DNA from: Atractiella rhizophila
Taxonomy: Eukaryota
Length of the DNA: 64,000 bases
Assembly (NCBI GenBank): GCA_021432655.1
Contig: MU271240.1
Location: 14,534 to 78,533, forward strand
Direction: 5' to 3'
The notes under the pieces are model-generated. The model ran no database searches, was not told where the DNA came from, and saw only the letters and a program-made list of their open reading frames with translations. Shown here piece by piece: positions 12,378 to 25,188 of this stretch (its first letter is position 1; the number at the start of each line of letters is the position of its first letter). A program made the translations under genes and the position numbers.

Positions 12378-14073
12378 TCAAACGACCAAATCCTCCGCTC
12401 TAAATAAATCACCAACATCAAGCTTTATACCTACGTTCTGTAGTTTCCTCGCGAGCCGCAATATTCCCTGGTATTCTTCCTCGTTCTCAGTCCAGTCTTC
12501 AAACACTCCATCTCTCAGATATAGCACATCCAAGATATCTACGAAGCGAGCTGCCGTGTCGTACAAAATGTCGGGGAGGGCTCCATTTCCAAAGCAAGCT
12601 TGAAGGGCTAATTCTCGAATGTTGGGGACGAACGGCCCAGTACACGGAAAACTCCAACCGTCCAAAGGGAACAGGCGGAGTTCAAGAACTTGCAGAGAGT
12701 GAAGTTGTGCAACGATTTCATAGAAGATATTGGTTAAGCGGAAGGGAACTTGATCGGATTCATCGGCCGCCACCAAATATTCATCTAAGAGGGAGAGTCG
12801 TACAACTTCCAACGTCCCCTTGCAATGTCGGAAAATTGGGTAAACGTAGGCATCGAGTGGTTGTTCGAAGATGAAAAGTTCCAAAAGCCTCAGAGGCGGA
12901 AGAGGTTCGTTTTGCCGGATGGTATTAGTTAGGACTTGAAGCATAAATGCAGCCTGACGGTCCGAACGCTTAGCTCGTACACGCAAATTTCGAAGAGTCC
13001 TAGGGAAAACGAGTTCTACGGGAGCGCGTATAGGTGTCTCGATCGGATCCCAGTACTCCCTTGAGCCTGGTAAGTAGTCTTCGCGTATGAACTCATAATT
13101 TTCGGCAGGTTGTGAAACCCAAATCTGGGTCACAGGCGTCAGAAGGTCACCACGGCGCCATTCCTCAAAAATATTGATCGTTTTCAGTCGATCCATGCAT
13201 CGGACGAGCTCTGGAAGGTGTAATCTGATATCGTTAACAGCTTCTGGCTCCGTCAGGAGCGAGTGGTCATCAAAACTTGGTAGAAGGTGGAAGATCTCAG
13301 GCAGGTCGGCAAAAATAGTCAAGGTACACAAACAAGTGCACTTCGAAAGAACCATGAGAATGAAAAGGCGTTGGTGCATTTCTAGTTCCGGGGGATTTAT
13401 CGCATATCGAAGGTGTCGAACAAATGTGGCGATCTCAGGGCGCTTCTGTAATGCTCGTTGTAAGGAAAGGACGTCGTTCAGGCTGCGTAGAGTTGGTGGA
13501 GTGTGATATAGTGCTCGTTGGACCTATGAAGTTCTGGTATAAGTCAATTGCCCGACTGAACGAAGAGGACATGTACCACCCGAGACAACGGCTTGGATAA
13601 ACACAATAGCGCGACTGTGTCCTCACTGTATTCCATCACGACTTCATCGAAGATATGTTGTAAAACTTCCATCGGAAGCCTCTCTAATCTGCTCGGAGGC
13701 GACGATTGTTGCACTGAGTTCGCTTGAGGTTGCGGGCTTGATAAATTGGCTGATGATGATGAATGCGAAAACGAGATTTGTTCTTGCTGCCATCGTTCGG
13801 GTTCGATTGGTGACGTTGGGGCTCCTGACTCTGAGTCTGGCTCAAAAAATTCACTTCAATTGTGACTCCAATTAGCTCCTCCCACCTCTACATCTGCCGA
13901 ACGACTTACTTGAGCGTAGCCCTCACGCTGCAAACCTCAGACCACATGACATCGAGCTGTGACCCAAGCTCAAAACTGACCCTTTTTTCCCATTTGAGCA
14001 CCCAATCGTTCAGAAAAGCGGCGACTTCCTGCAGGGACTCTTCCACCGGACCCGTTGAATCAAAGCGGTACAT
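12378..14073 (-). CDS. F-box-like protein with Leu-rich C-terminal region, spliced
   Basis: Exon 1 MYRFDS...VAAFLNDWVLKW; exon 2 SRLERLPMEVLQHIFDEV...LLCLSK (F-box-like); long last exon with LxxLxL repeats. Clear paralog at 60522-62135. Confidence 0.72.
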
Positions 14074-16545
14074 AATTGTCGAAGAAGACCAGAAACAAGC
14101 TGTCTCGAAGGGTAGACGAGGTCCGTTTACAACACCAGAAACCGCTTTTATGCCTGTTGCTTCTTTGTGGACGTGCAAGCTTTCGGAAGCGACGATAATA
14201 GTGAACAGGATGGAGTGAAAGGCGGAGGATTGCATTTCGGGATCGAAGAAGGCATTCATCGTGGTTTGTACTCGTACACGACCCGTTGAAACTTGGTAAC
14301 AGGTTCCCACTGGATCCAGTCTGGCCCTTCTCGAGAATTCGACCCTCCTGCCACGGTCACGCTATCAACTCTTTTCTTTTTCTCTCGCCACCATCGTACC
14401 CAGCGACAGCGCAGCCCAGCTGTTTCCTTATGGGGTCATATGGTCTCTTGCGACACAAGTGCCAATTTGGAAACCAGACGGTGCAAGAATGAAATATAAT
14501 GTGCAGAGGTCAGACTGGCTTTCCCTTCACAGCAACGCGAACAGAAAACGAGTTTGAACTCCCTTGTATCAATAAGGGCCATTCGAGGAGATGGAACGCA
14601 AGGACGTGGGATGGACGGAGGGAAATATGGGTGATACAGACAAATGAGTACATAAATGTTACCATCGCATTGTACTACTTCTCCCCAGTCGGCAAATAGC
14701 AAATGACTAGGAATGGGCCGAATGGCCGCAACCTCAAACTGTCTAATAGATCTGCTGTCTTACGTCTTTACATTCCTGCCAGCTGCTGAAGAATGGGTCT
14801 GAAAGCCTCCCCTCCCATTTGCAGCCAGTGGGGCACGAAAGATCCCGTTCTGTGTCTCCGCTCCGTTAATTCTCGCCTTCTCTTCCCTTTGTTCTGATTT
14901 ACGAGGGTTTATGATGAAACAGGAAAGGAACTAGAAGAGGAGGGAGAGCCGTCAATTGGTGGGGGACAGGTTTGCTGTGAATATGCGTGCGGCGCACAAC
15001 ACCTGCAGACTGGCTTTAGGAACGGGCAGTAATCACAGGAGAGATTGGAGTTGTTGAGGTGGTCAGTTGCATTTCAAATAGAGACGCGACAACCAAATCA
15101 ACGAAATTGTTTGAGCACTCATTGTGCGATCTTTCTCCTTCTTTCGCCAATTCGACCGGAGGAAGAGAGGAGTCTAGGCCAAGACGGTGTGATATTTTTT
15201 GATCATGTTAATCTGGGGCTATAAGAGCTAAGGCATTTGACTTCTTTACACTCTTGCACACTTGTAAGCATCTTCCTTTCCGAGAAGCGGGCATGTGGGG
15301 TGTTCTTCCTTCTCTGATCCGTCGTAACATCAATACGTTGATCAGTCCATCGTAGTTATTGTTAGTTAGCTACAAAACTGCTTTGGTTAACCTTGGATGA
15401 TCTTTGGTTGACAGTGCGAGGACCTTCAAGTATCAATCTTTCGGCGATGTGATTATGACATTCCTTGGTCATGCATCAATTATATGTGGGGAGTACTTGA
15501 AGGCTTCTAACCCGTTTCAATGTACTTTCAAGGACAAATTAAAGCTGATTAAGGAGGAACATGGATTGGGCTAAGAAATTCCCTGCGTTGATCATCATTG
15601 GCATGTCAAATTGTTTGAGGGATGATACGCTATTTAAAAGAGTTTGCATTGCAAGGCAGTCACTGATTCAGCTCTATACACAGTCGGGAAGATATTGTCA
15701 TTCTAATTCTTTGCTTACTGCAATGACCTTGGTTGTTCGTGCCCTTGGCCTTCAAAGCCAGAGCCAGCTAGTTAGAAAAAGCAAGAGCAAAATCTCACCT
15801 CGCTTTAAGGAACTGAACTCTAATAAACTCTGGGGATCCACTTCACCTCCGTTCTGGAATACCATGTCTTTGACCACGTAGATTAATGTTATGGATTCGT
15901 GGTCTGTCAAAAACCCCGAAAGGTGTCTAATACTGTGTAATACGAATAACATAGATGAACATTCTTCGTACTTTATGAGTCATTTTCTTTTGTCGCAGTC
16001 TTGGTTCCGTGACCTCGTTTCTCTCCCTCACACACAACCACCATCTTCTCTGAGCTTGCCTGTATTGAGGTATAGCTAGTGCTGTGTGTGAGGTCACATT
16101 TCATCTCCCTTTCCGAGTTCGAGGTATTTTATCGTACTAGAACACTCAAAGAGGGGCTGCGCCAACAGCCTTGTCCGCTCTCTGTTAGCCCTCACGGACT
16201 CTTTGGGTGTTTTAGGTACGCATACTTCATTGTTACTTATGCTTCTATGTTCCTTTTCTTATACTATGCAAACATGTTTTAGAACCCATTATTTCGAACT
16301 CACCGCCGCTAAACGAGCCTTGTCAGCTCTCACTTAGTCGCGTTATATACTGCTCCATGTAGTTGAGAATCTGGGGGTAAACGTAATACAGCGCGTTTTT
16401 CACGCGGTGTTACCTCCTTCCAGGTATTGGCCTTGTTTCGTCGTGCAACACTCTTCTTTTCCCACACTTCGCACAGGTCCTGTACGTCCTGGAAGGATTG
16501 CTCCGTGACAACACCTTTTTTCTAGCCATGACGTCAGGTTTAGCT

Positions 16546-17324
16546 TCAGAATGGCACCGTGCTCACCTTCACCTCCACGAAAGAAACAGTGATGTTACTC
16601 GCGCCACTCACTTTCAAGGCTAGTTTTGAATTTCCAATCATGACTTCCAGGAGCTCCTCGGCGAAAAAACCAATGACATTGTCAACTCGCGCTATTTCAG
16701 AGCAGTTGTTAGATGCGGTATCGCTATCTGTTAATATACGCACTAGAATGTCCTTTATCGTCTGTCGGACGATGAACTTCTGATCTGCATTCCAGCATCC
16801 CCGTCAATTTGGTTTCGTTCAGTTGGTATCTAGTTCGAACTGGCTGGAGTGCGCAAATTATTTTGCCCAAAGCTTGGCAAAACGGATGCGAGGATGTCGC
16901 GACTAACGTGCAAGGTGTTCCTTTGGCTGGTGGCTGTTCGCAAATTGTGAGCAAAACTCACGACACATTTTGATTTCTCGGATAACCTGGTCGGTTTTGC
17001 GTTCGGTATGGGGAACAACAGGTCTTTCAATGCTTTCTTGTACGGTTCTTTGGATGCCTTCTTGGCCGTAGCTTCGTGCTCTTGGATTGCTTCCTGCTCC
17101 TCAATAGGTTCTTTCTCCCCAACAGCTTTTTCCACCGCGGTCGCTCGTTTCGCATCGACATCTTTTTTCTCCTCTGCGATGTCCGAAACGTTGACCTCCT
17201 TCCTCAAGAATGCGAGAAAGTCCTTTATTCGGAACGATTTAGCCGTGATCGTGTCGTGATGTTCCTGTTTCCACCAATCGAGTTTGAGGAACTTCACTAC
17301 ACTCGGCTTCAGCGTTTTAGCCAT
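16546..17324 (-). other. Possible hypothetical gene or relic (charged, coiled-coil-like ORF MAKTLKPSVVKF...)
   Basis: 164-aa ORF with a Lys/Glu-rich segment and a GTGAGT donor after SKCV. The arm-B copy is frameshifted. No recognisable family. Confidence 0.3.
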
Positions 17325-17896
17325 ATTTTCGCTCCCTTTCGAAGAAAAGCTCGAGATTGGCTTAGACTTGGAACGGAAAGCAGTTGCGAGTCGACTTTGC
17401 CTTTATCAGTCGCTCCGCCTGCTGCTGAAGCCCGTGATTTAGAGAAGCGAGTCTCGTCATCAAACATCTTTCCAGGATGACGAAATGCTCTTGCGGTTCA
17501 CACAAATCAAGGACAGGTTTGTCGGCCATCGGAGGATATCAGAGCAATGTTGTGAAAACAAAGATCAAGTTATCTGGAGGTAGTCTCAAGAGGACACCTC
17601 CCATTTATATCCCTCAGCCTGTAGTGCGCGCCCTCCATGAGGTGCACCTTTGTCACAGGCGTTGTCCCTTCAACTGTTGTGAACATTTCATGAAAGATGT
17701 TCCCTCTCTTTGTTGTTCACAGTCTGGGGCTTATCCTCCGAGTACATTTATCAAGGTCCCTTTTTCTCGTTCCCTCCACCTGGTAGTTTCTTTGACCTTG
17801 TGTACCTTTTCACTAAACGATTCACACAAGTATTTAAGATACCCTACTTTGCTCCCCTAACTGATCATCGACTTGACATAGCAATAATCTGTTAGT

Positions 17897-18040
17897 ATGG
17901 ACTCCCTAGAATTGCAATCTACGGAATCGGTTTGCTTCGTCGACAATTTTCGTTTGCAGGCATTCATCACGCCGCTTTCGCCACCAGAGCGACCGGAGGA
18001 TGCGAATGCTCAATCTTACGTATGGCACGAAGATGCTTTG
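17897..18040 (+). CDS. 5' start of an atypical kinase family gene, cut by the assembly gap
   Basis: MDSLELQSTESVCFVDNFRLQAFITPLSPPERPEDANAQSYVWHEDAL is identical to the start at 29010. Confidence 0.7.
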
Positions 18041-18065
18041 NNNNNNNNNNNNNNNNNNNNNNNNN
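18041..18065. other. Assembly gap (25 N)
   Basis: Run of 25 n. Confidence 1.
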
Positions 18066-19761
18066 GGTTGGAGGTGGGAGGTAGCCGATTTTTCGGCTTC
18101 TCTCCTCTCTTTACGCTTTTTCGCTTCTGCTCTCTGGTCGCCGACAGTCATTAATGAGCAGTTGTTAGTCAGGTTTGGTTGAGAGACTAAGAGACAAAGG
18201 AATGATGTTACGCTTTCCAAGGGATAAACGCGCACACGAAAGGATGTACTCTAAGTCGCACTTGAAAATATTGAATGCTCTTTCGACGCACTTCATGTGC
18301 ACTTTTCGACCCTTTCTCAACCAAGAAGACGGCATCCTCGCTTTGAAAGACAAAGTAAACCTGGACCGCAGTTCATCGCATCGTCGCACTTTTAGCAGAC
18401 GACCTCCACCTCCCATTCTCCAACACCGACACCGACACCCACCACCCACAAACAAAAAAAACACAACAAAAATCGCCAAAAAAAAGCACCCACCTTATAC
18501 CTCCTATGTTCGGGCCTCTTCTTCCTCGTCCGATCGCCCGCGCGATTATCGAGGACAGAAATGATGAGCTGCTGCGCCTTCCAGCTCCCTTCACAGAGCC
18601 TCAAGAGGGGCCAGGCGTCCTCCAACGCGCGCGTGGCCTCGCCCCGCTTCTCTTCGCTGAACCGTTTCCAGCGTATCGGCTTCTCGTCTTCTTCCATCGT
18701 CGCCTCATTGTTCGCCGCAGTCCCAACCGCACCAGTACCCCCAGCAGTGCCAGCACCAGCAGCAGCGGCGGCGGCAGACGAAGAAGAAGAAGAAGACGGA
18801 TGAGGTGATGGAGGGGGAGCAGGAGGGGGGAGGGTGGGAAGCAGGATGTCGCGAATGACGTCCCGCGTGGATTTCCGGATCCCATTGTACTCGTAATCGC
18901 CCACCCTCTCCCCATCCACTCCCTGCAGGACATGCTGGAGCGACAGCTTGTGTCCGTCCTTCGCCAGCCGGTAGTCTTCGCGCGTCCAGTAGAGGATGTT
19001 GGGGTATGAAGAGCGGGTGTACACTTCGCGCGCTTGGGGGGTGGCGTGGGCGTGTGGTGCGTTGGGTGTGGGTGGGGTGTGGTGGAGGTGCGAGGGGGAG
19101 GGGGAGGAGGCGGTGGTAGGTTGGGAGTGGGAGGAGAGGGGGGAGGAGGAAGGGGTGGAATGTCGTGTCGAGGTCTTGGGTGTGTGGATGCGGATGCAGT
19201 GAGGAGGATGGGTGGTGTGAGGGCTGGAGGTGTTGGAGGTCGGACGAATGGCGGTGTTGCATGAGCCCTGTCACTGAGGAAGAGGAGGATGCTCCTGCAT
19301 TGAGAGTGAGTGTGAGGATGAGAGTGAGTGTGAGAGTGAGAGTGTGGGAGGGCAGCAGCAGCTGCCAAAGCGACCGCGATATCTCCTTCCTCCCCATCCC
19401 CACTCCTTTCCTCTCCACCCACACCGATACTCCCATTCCCACCACTACCTCCCCTCAACCCACTCCCACTCCCACCTCCACCTCCACCCACATTCCCCAC
19501 TCCCCACCCGCTCCTTCCACCCCCCAAAGAAGCCGGCAGCTTCCTCCTCAACTCCGCATTCAGCTCCTGCAACAACCCCACCTGCGTCTTCGCGCCCTCC
19601 AGTTGCGAATACAGCGACGAGTACAGCGGGTTGAGGAGGAGCTGCTCGTGCGTCAGGAAGGGGATGAGCGTGTTCCCGGGGCCCGGTTTCGACGGCGAGG
19701 GGGCGATGGACGGCGGGGGGGTGTTGGGGAGCGGCAGGGCGGGGTAGCGGAAGGTGTCCAC
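18066..19761 (-). CDS. Second copy or allele of the low-complexity protein, 3' end cut by the gap
   Basis: MDTFRYPALP start and identical YWTREDY...CEGSWKA domain; several homopolymer frame changes. Confidence 0.62.
18203..18389 (-). ncRNA. Candidate intronic box H/ACA snoRNA, second copy
   Basis: AGAGCA at 18276-18281, ACA at 18206-18208, same stems as 7800-7990. Confidence 0.5.
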
Positions 19762-20467
19762 TGTGCCATGATGCCCATGTTAGTAGCTGACCAAAGAAAA
19801 TAAAGAACTGGGGAGTGGGAGAGTGGCAGTGCCAGACAGGAGGGGTCACGCACTGGGTACAGGGTGGCGTCGCTTCGTGCCTGGGTGAACACACGGTCGC
19901 AGGTGGAGGTCCCGGTCGTTCCAACAGGGACGTGGGTTCCATTTGCGTCATCAACGTGCATCAACAGTAGCAGTATACTGGACTTGGTCTGAGACTAACA
20001 GTGCTTTGGAGATGAGGTTCGTGGGTCGACCAGTAATCCCTGTCGCATAGTAAGTGTGCTGCAGACGCCTTGGAGAAAGTGGAACGCAATGAAGATTCGA
20101 GTTGCTTGGACTTGGATAATACCAAGAAACAGCGCTTTCTGTCCAATGCATTCTAGATACTAAAGGACGAAATGAACAATGTCGACGAGGATGCAGAACT
20201 GACAGAAACGGCGCTCCTCCTTCATTTTAGCCTTCTTCCGCACTTCGTGCTACATTGGTTACACTAAACATCAATGGCTTGATTTCGAGTGCTTCACTAT
20301 TCGGAGCACTTTCTTTCGATTTCGCAAACCCTGCACAAGGACTCAAGTTCGCTTCGTATACACATTGAGATGATCCTGTTTCAAAAAAGTACATCGCCAC
20401 TTCCTCTCCTCATCCATTTTATATGCTCCATCAAGCCGTTAACTCGCTGGTAGTAGCAATATTCCAG

Positions 20468-22175
20468 ATGGACCACATCACCAATCTTCTGAACCTGACC
20501 CGTTTATCTCCTCAACGAATACGTTACATTCTTTCCTCACCCCGCTTCCCGTTCCCGCATCCTTACGATCCAAAGAAGTCGTAAACAATCCTTGATCCAT
20601 GTGTGGAGCGAGGATGCAATAGCTATGAGTCGTAGCGGTCGCATCAGCCAGTTGCTTCACCGGCTACCATGGCCTTAACCCCACAAGAATGTGGAAGTGA
20701 CATTTCAAGACCACTTTTTGAGGGCTCTGGATCTCTTCCTGAGAGTATCAAGGTGCCGTTTTAGGGTCAGGCAGTGGTTTAAGATGTGGTCGAGCGATAT
20801 GTTTGTTAAACAATAAGCCAACGCTAACGAGGAGAACTCTTAGACTGGAACGCACGATGCAATTGGCGGAGGATCTGATTGCTTTTCTTCGCTCGTACCC
20901 AGCGACGGCCTAGTCCTCTGACGATTCAAATAGACAACGGTCAGTTAACATTCAGCGGAAGCGCACGATTAACATTTTTTCAGTCGAATTGTACGCGTCA
21001 AATGTCAAGATCTGGGGGAATGACCTTCGTCCTACTGGCAAGTACAGTTGTACAACACTATCGCGAACAGTTGTTCATCGTATTTGCCTTCGACAGCCAA
21101 CCGATCCCCTGATACACCAAGAGTGGGGACCTTCATCAATAACCGCTGCCCCCAGGAAATACGTCTCATTTCTAGCAACCCGGCCTCCAACTCAAAAGAC
21201 GATAGATTCGCAGCCATCCTCGACTCAAATCCACTGCCGTTTCCCAAGTTTTTACAACCACAAGTGGCCTTCAATCCTCGCCCATATTTTCAGGTCTTCG
21301 CTCTCATGACTCCGTCACGTGGAGTGTGTGAAATACGAATCAAACTGGGACAACCTGCTTTCCTCGAACACTTGTTTCTGGTTGTACAGGAGATCCTACG
21401 AAGAAAGCGTAAGGTCCTCACATCTCACGAACTAGTAACAAGTTTTCAGTTCGCGAAAGGTATGGCGGCAATTGGCCCCATTTTTCTTTTGGGGTCGTTC
21501 ATCGTGATTTGGACTCCTGACCAGACCAACTGATATGTCAAGCAACAACCCCAGGTCAGTCACTTAGTTTGATCCTCTAGACTTTGGGATGGCAAATGAA
21601 GTTCGCATGGCCGAAACCACGTTGTTGTCGAGCTTGGCTTGAAACGGTCAGTTCCAATTATGATTCTATGTGCATGAACGACATCCTTCCAATTGCTCTC
21701 AATTGGCACGGACGCAACTCTCATTCTGTGACAGACACAAGGATTTTCAGGGAGGTTTGGAACTTCTTGCGTAAGGTAATCAAGTCTCACGAACTGGTAA
21801 CAAGTTTTCACTTCGTGAAAGGTATGGCGGCAATAGGCCCCATTTTTCTTTTGGGGATCGTTCATCGTGATTTGGACTCCAGACCAGACCAACTGATATG
21901 TCAAGCAACAACCCCAGGTCAGTCACGTAGCTTGATCCTCTAGACTGTGGGATGGCAAATGAAGTTCGCATGGCCGAAACCACGTAGTTGTCGAGCTCCG
22001 CCTGAAAAGGCCAGTTCCAATTATGATTCTATGTGCATCAACGACATCCTTCCAATTGCTCTCAATTGGCACGGACGCAACTCTCATTCTGTGACAGGCA
22101 CAAGGGTTCTCGGGGAGGTTTGGAACTTCTTGCGAAAATGAAGTGGGATACTTCGGCATAGGTTGGAAAGAAGAA
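20468..22175 (+). pseudogene. Decayed atypical kinase copy with a tandem duplicated catalytic segment
   Basis: PYFQVFALM, IGPIFLLGIVHRDLDS and DFGMANEV remnants. A ~363-bp unit repeats at ~21408-21770 and ~21771-22135. Confidence 0.75.
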
Positions 22176-23486
22176 CCATGTAAAGAGTGGGTTTCCACCT
22201 CATTTCTTATGTCAGTCTGAACAGTCTTATTACAATGTGATGGCTTCAAACCGTCATATGAGCGTGGAGCTTTGCTGCACGATTTTCGCAAGTCTCAGCA
22301 ATCGTTGTTTTGGAAAGTGCAAAAAATGGAGGCACGTCTGCATACAGAATAAGATATCAGAATCTGACCATATTGCTAAAATGTAGTTTGAGATTGTCAT
22401 CCAACCAATGCAAGGTTGAATGCCATGCCTAACGTCCAGAATTGGCATACTGAGGGTGGTGAAAGCACCGATGTCAAAGTCAACACTCCCGACCCAACAG
22501 TCAGGGGTCACTATCATGCTTGCGGATTATTCTGGGCTATGGACGGAGATTTAATGCAATCGATGGAGCCGACCTCCAGAATTTGAAATAGAGATGAATG
22601 TTGGTCAGGAGGAGTTGAGCAGGAGCATGGGAGAGAAGAGCAAGTGGATTCGGAATAGAAGCTTCTTGATAAAAAACAGGGAGGAATACCATCTACTCAT
22701 CGAGAAAGCGAACACGAAACAAGAGGGAAGAGTGCTCTCTTCGTATCAGCAGCGGTGCGGTCGTCCAAAGTATTCGGGAAGAGGTTGACGATCGCAGGCG
22801 AATGCCAGTGAAGGAAGGAGGAAGAACCGCCTGGCTTAGAGAAGAATCTACTTCTTCTCCTTTCCTTTCACTTTTATGACGCTACCTAGGGTGAAACGCA
22901 CGTTCAGCAGGAGGTGGTGGGCAGAGGATCACATTGCTCTGCGTTAACGATGTGACCATACGGCGACGTTTGAACGTTGAGGGTTGTTCTGCGTTGCAAG
23001 GTTGCATAGAGAACTTTGAGCTCGCCTCTAGTCGCTGGACAGAAGACATGATGTTAGCAGGAGATCCAACAGACGGGGAGGAAAAGCGGCGTCATAACTG
23101 ACAGGGCTGGACGACTGGATGGCCGCTGCATGTAATTGGAGGCGGGAGAGCGAAGCGAAAAAAGACTGTCAGTTGGATAGAAGCGTAGTGAAGATAAAGA
23201 TAAAAGTTCTCATGAGTGCTTAGTAGCGAAAAGGTCACCCTCTTCCCGCAACAGGCATGATGAACAAAGACAGGTGCAAAATATTGGTGGTCCAGAATTC
23301 TGGTAGGCCCTCATGGTGCCAGGGATCGATGAGGTTTATCCCACTTCCAAGGTACAAAGAACGCAATTTCGGAGAAACTTGTCATACTGGCATCGGCCGC
23401 CAGTTTCTTCAACCTCTCCACATTAGCTCCAGCTACTACTGCATCTCCAATGAACCAATGAATGAACAATTTCTCATCTTTCCGTA

Positions 23487-25188
23487 TCAAACGACCAAAT
23501 CCTCCGCTCTAAATAAATCACCAACATCAAGCTTTATACCTACGTTCTGTAGTTTCCTCGCGAGCCGCAATATTCCCTGGTATTCTTCCTCGTTCTCAGT
23601 CCAGTCTTCAAACACTCCATCTCTCAGATATAGCACATCCAAGGTATCTACGAAGCGAGCTGCCGTGTCGTACAAAATGTCGGGGAGGGCTCCATTTCCA
23701 AAGCAAGCTTGAAGGGCTAATTCTCGAATGTTGGGACGAACGGCCCAGTACACGGAAAACTCCAACCGTCCAAAGGGAACAGGCGGAGTTCAAGAACTTG
23801 CAGAGAGTGAAGTTGTGCAACGATTTCATAGAAGATATTGGTTAGGCGGAAGGGAACTTGATCGGATTCATCGGCCGCCACCAAATATTCATCTAAGAGG
23901 GAGAGTCGTACAACTTCCAACGTCCCCTTGCAATGTCGGAAAATTGAGGTAAACGTAGGCATCGAGTGGTTGTCGTCGAAGATTGAAAAGTTCCAAAAGC
24001 CTCAGAGAGCGGAAGAGGTTCGTTGTTGCCGGATGGTATTAGTTAGGACTTGAAGCATAAATGCAGCCTGACGGTCCGAACGCTTAGCTCGTACACGCAA
24101 ATTTCGAAGAGTCCTAGGGAAAACGAGTTCTACGGGAGCGCGGATAGGTGTCTCGATCGGATCCCAGTACTCCCTTGAGCCTGGTAAGTAGTCTTCGCGT
24201 ATGAACTCATAATTTTCGGCAGGTTGTGAAACCCAAATCTGGGTCACAGGCGTCAGAAGGTCACCACGGCGCCATTCCTCAAAAATATTGATCGTTTTCA
24301 GTCGATCCATGCATCGGACGAGCTCTGGAAGGTGTAATCTGATATCGTTAACAGCTTCTGGCTCCGTCAGGAGCGAGTGGTCATCAAAACTTGGTAGAAG
24401 GTGGAAGATCTCAGGCAGGTCGGCAAAAATAGTCAAGGTACACAAACAAGTGCACTTCGAAAGAACCATGAGAATGAAAAGGCGTTGGTGCATTTCTAGT
24501 TCCGGGGGATTTATCGCATATCGAAGGTGTCGAACAAATGTGGCGATCTCAGGGCGCTTCTGTAATGCTCGTTGTAAGGAAAGGACGTCGTTCAGGCTGC
24601 GTAGAGTTGGTGGAGTGTGATATAGTGCTCGTTGGACCTATGAAGTTCTGGTATAAGTCAATTGCCCGACTGAACGAAGAGGACATGTACCACCCGATAC
24701 AACGGCTTGGATAAACACAATAGCGCGACTGTGTCCTCACTGTATTCCATCACGACTTCATCGAAGATATGTTGTAAAACTTCCATCGGAAGCCTCTCTA
24801 ATCTGCTCGGAGGCGACGATTGTTGCACTGAGTTCGCTTGAGGTTGCGGGCTTGATAAATTGGCTGATGATGATGAATGCGAAAACGAGATTTGTTCTTG
24901 CTGCCATCGTTCGGGTTCGATTGGTGACGTTGGGGCTCCTGACTCTGAGTCTGGCTCAAAAAATTCACTTCAATTGTGACTGCCAATTAGCTCCTCCCAC
25001 CTCTACATCTGCCGAACGACTTACTTGAGCGTAGCCCTCACGCTGCAAACCTCAGACCACATGACATCGAGCTGTGACCCAAGCTCAAAACTGACCCTTT
25101 TTTCCCATTTGAGCACCCAATCGTTCAGAAAAGCGGCGACTTCCTTCAGGGACTCTTCCACCGGACCCGTTGAATCAAAGCGGTACAT
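23487..25188 (-). pseudogene. F-box-like protein, arm-B copy with several 1-2 nt indels (pseudogene or sequencing error)
   Basis: Near-identical to 12378-14073, but the last exon is broken into ORFs 24002-24493, 23717-23962 and 23487-23765. Confidence 0.65.

Larger units (their letters stand above)
7661..18040. repeat. Large duplication arm A (pairs with 18066-29153)
   Basis: ggttggaggtgggagg at 7661 and 18066; gaagatgctttg ends at 18040 and 29153. The left part is clearly diverged with indels; the part from ~12000 onward is near-identical. Confidence 0.92.

Noticed and set aside
15200..16300. AT-rich stretch with short ORFs, duplicated in arm B
   Set aside because: No family motif is recognisable. 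Identity between arms reflects the duplication, not selection.
17897..18235. ORFs spanning the N run, suggesting a kinase/low-complexity fusion
   Set aside because: Artefact of translating through the assembly gap.
18165..18479. KCVERAFNIFK resembling the VERAFG motif of PIF/Harbinger transposases
   Set aside because: It lies in an intron, the frame is not preserved in the arm-A copy, and no DDE motifs are nearby. The conservation is better explained by the RNA stem and H box.
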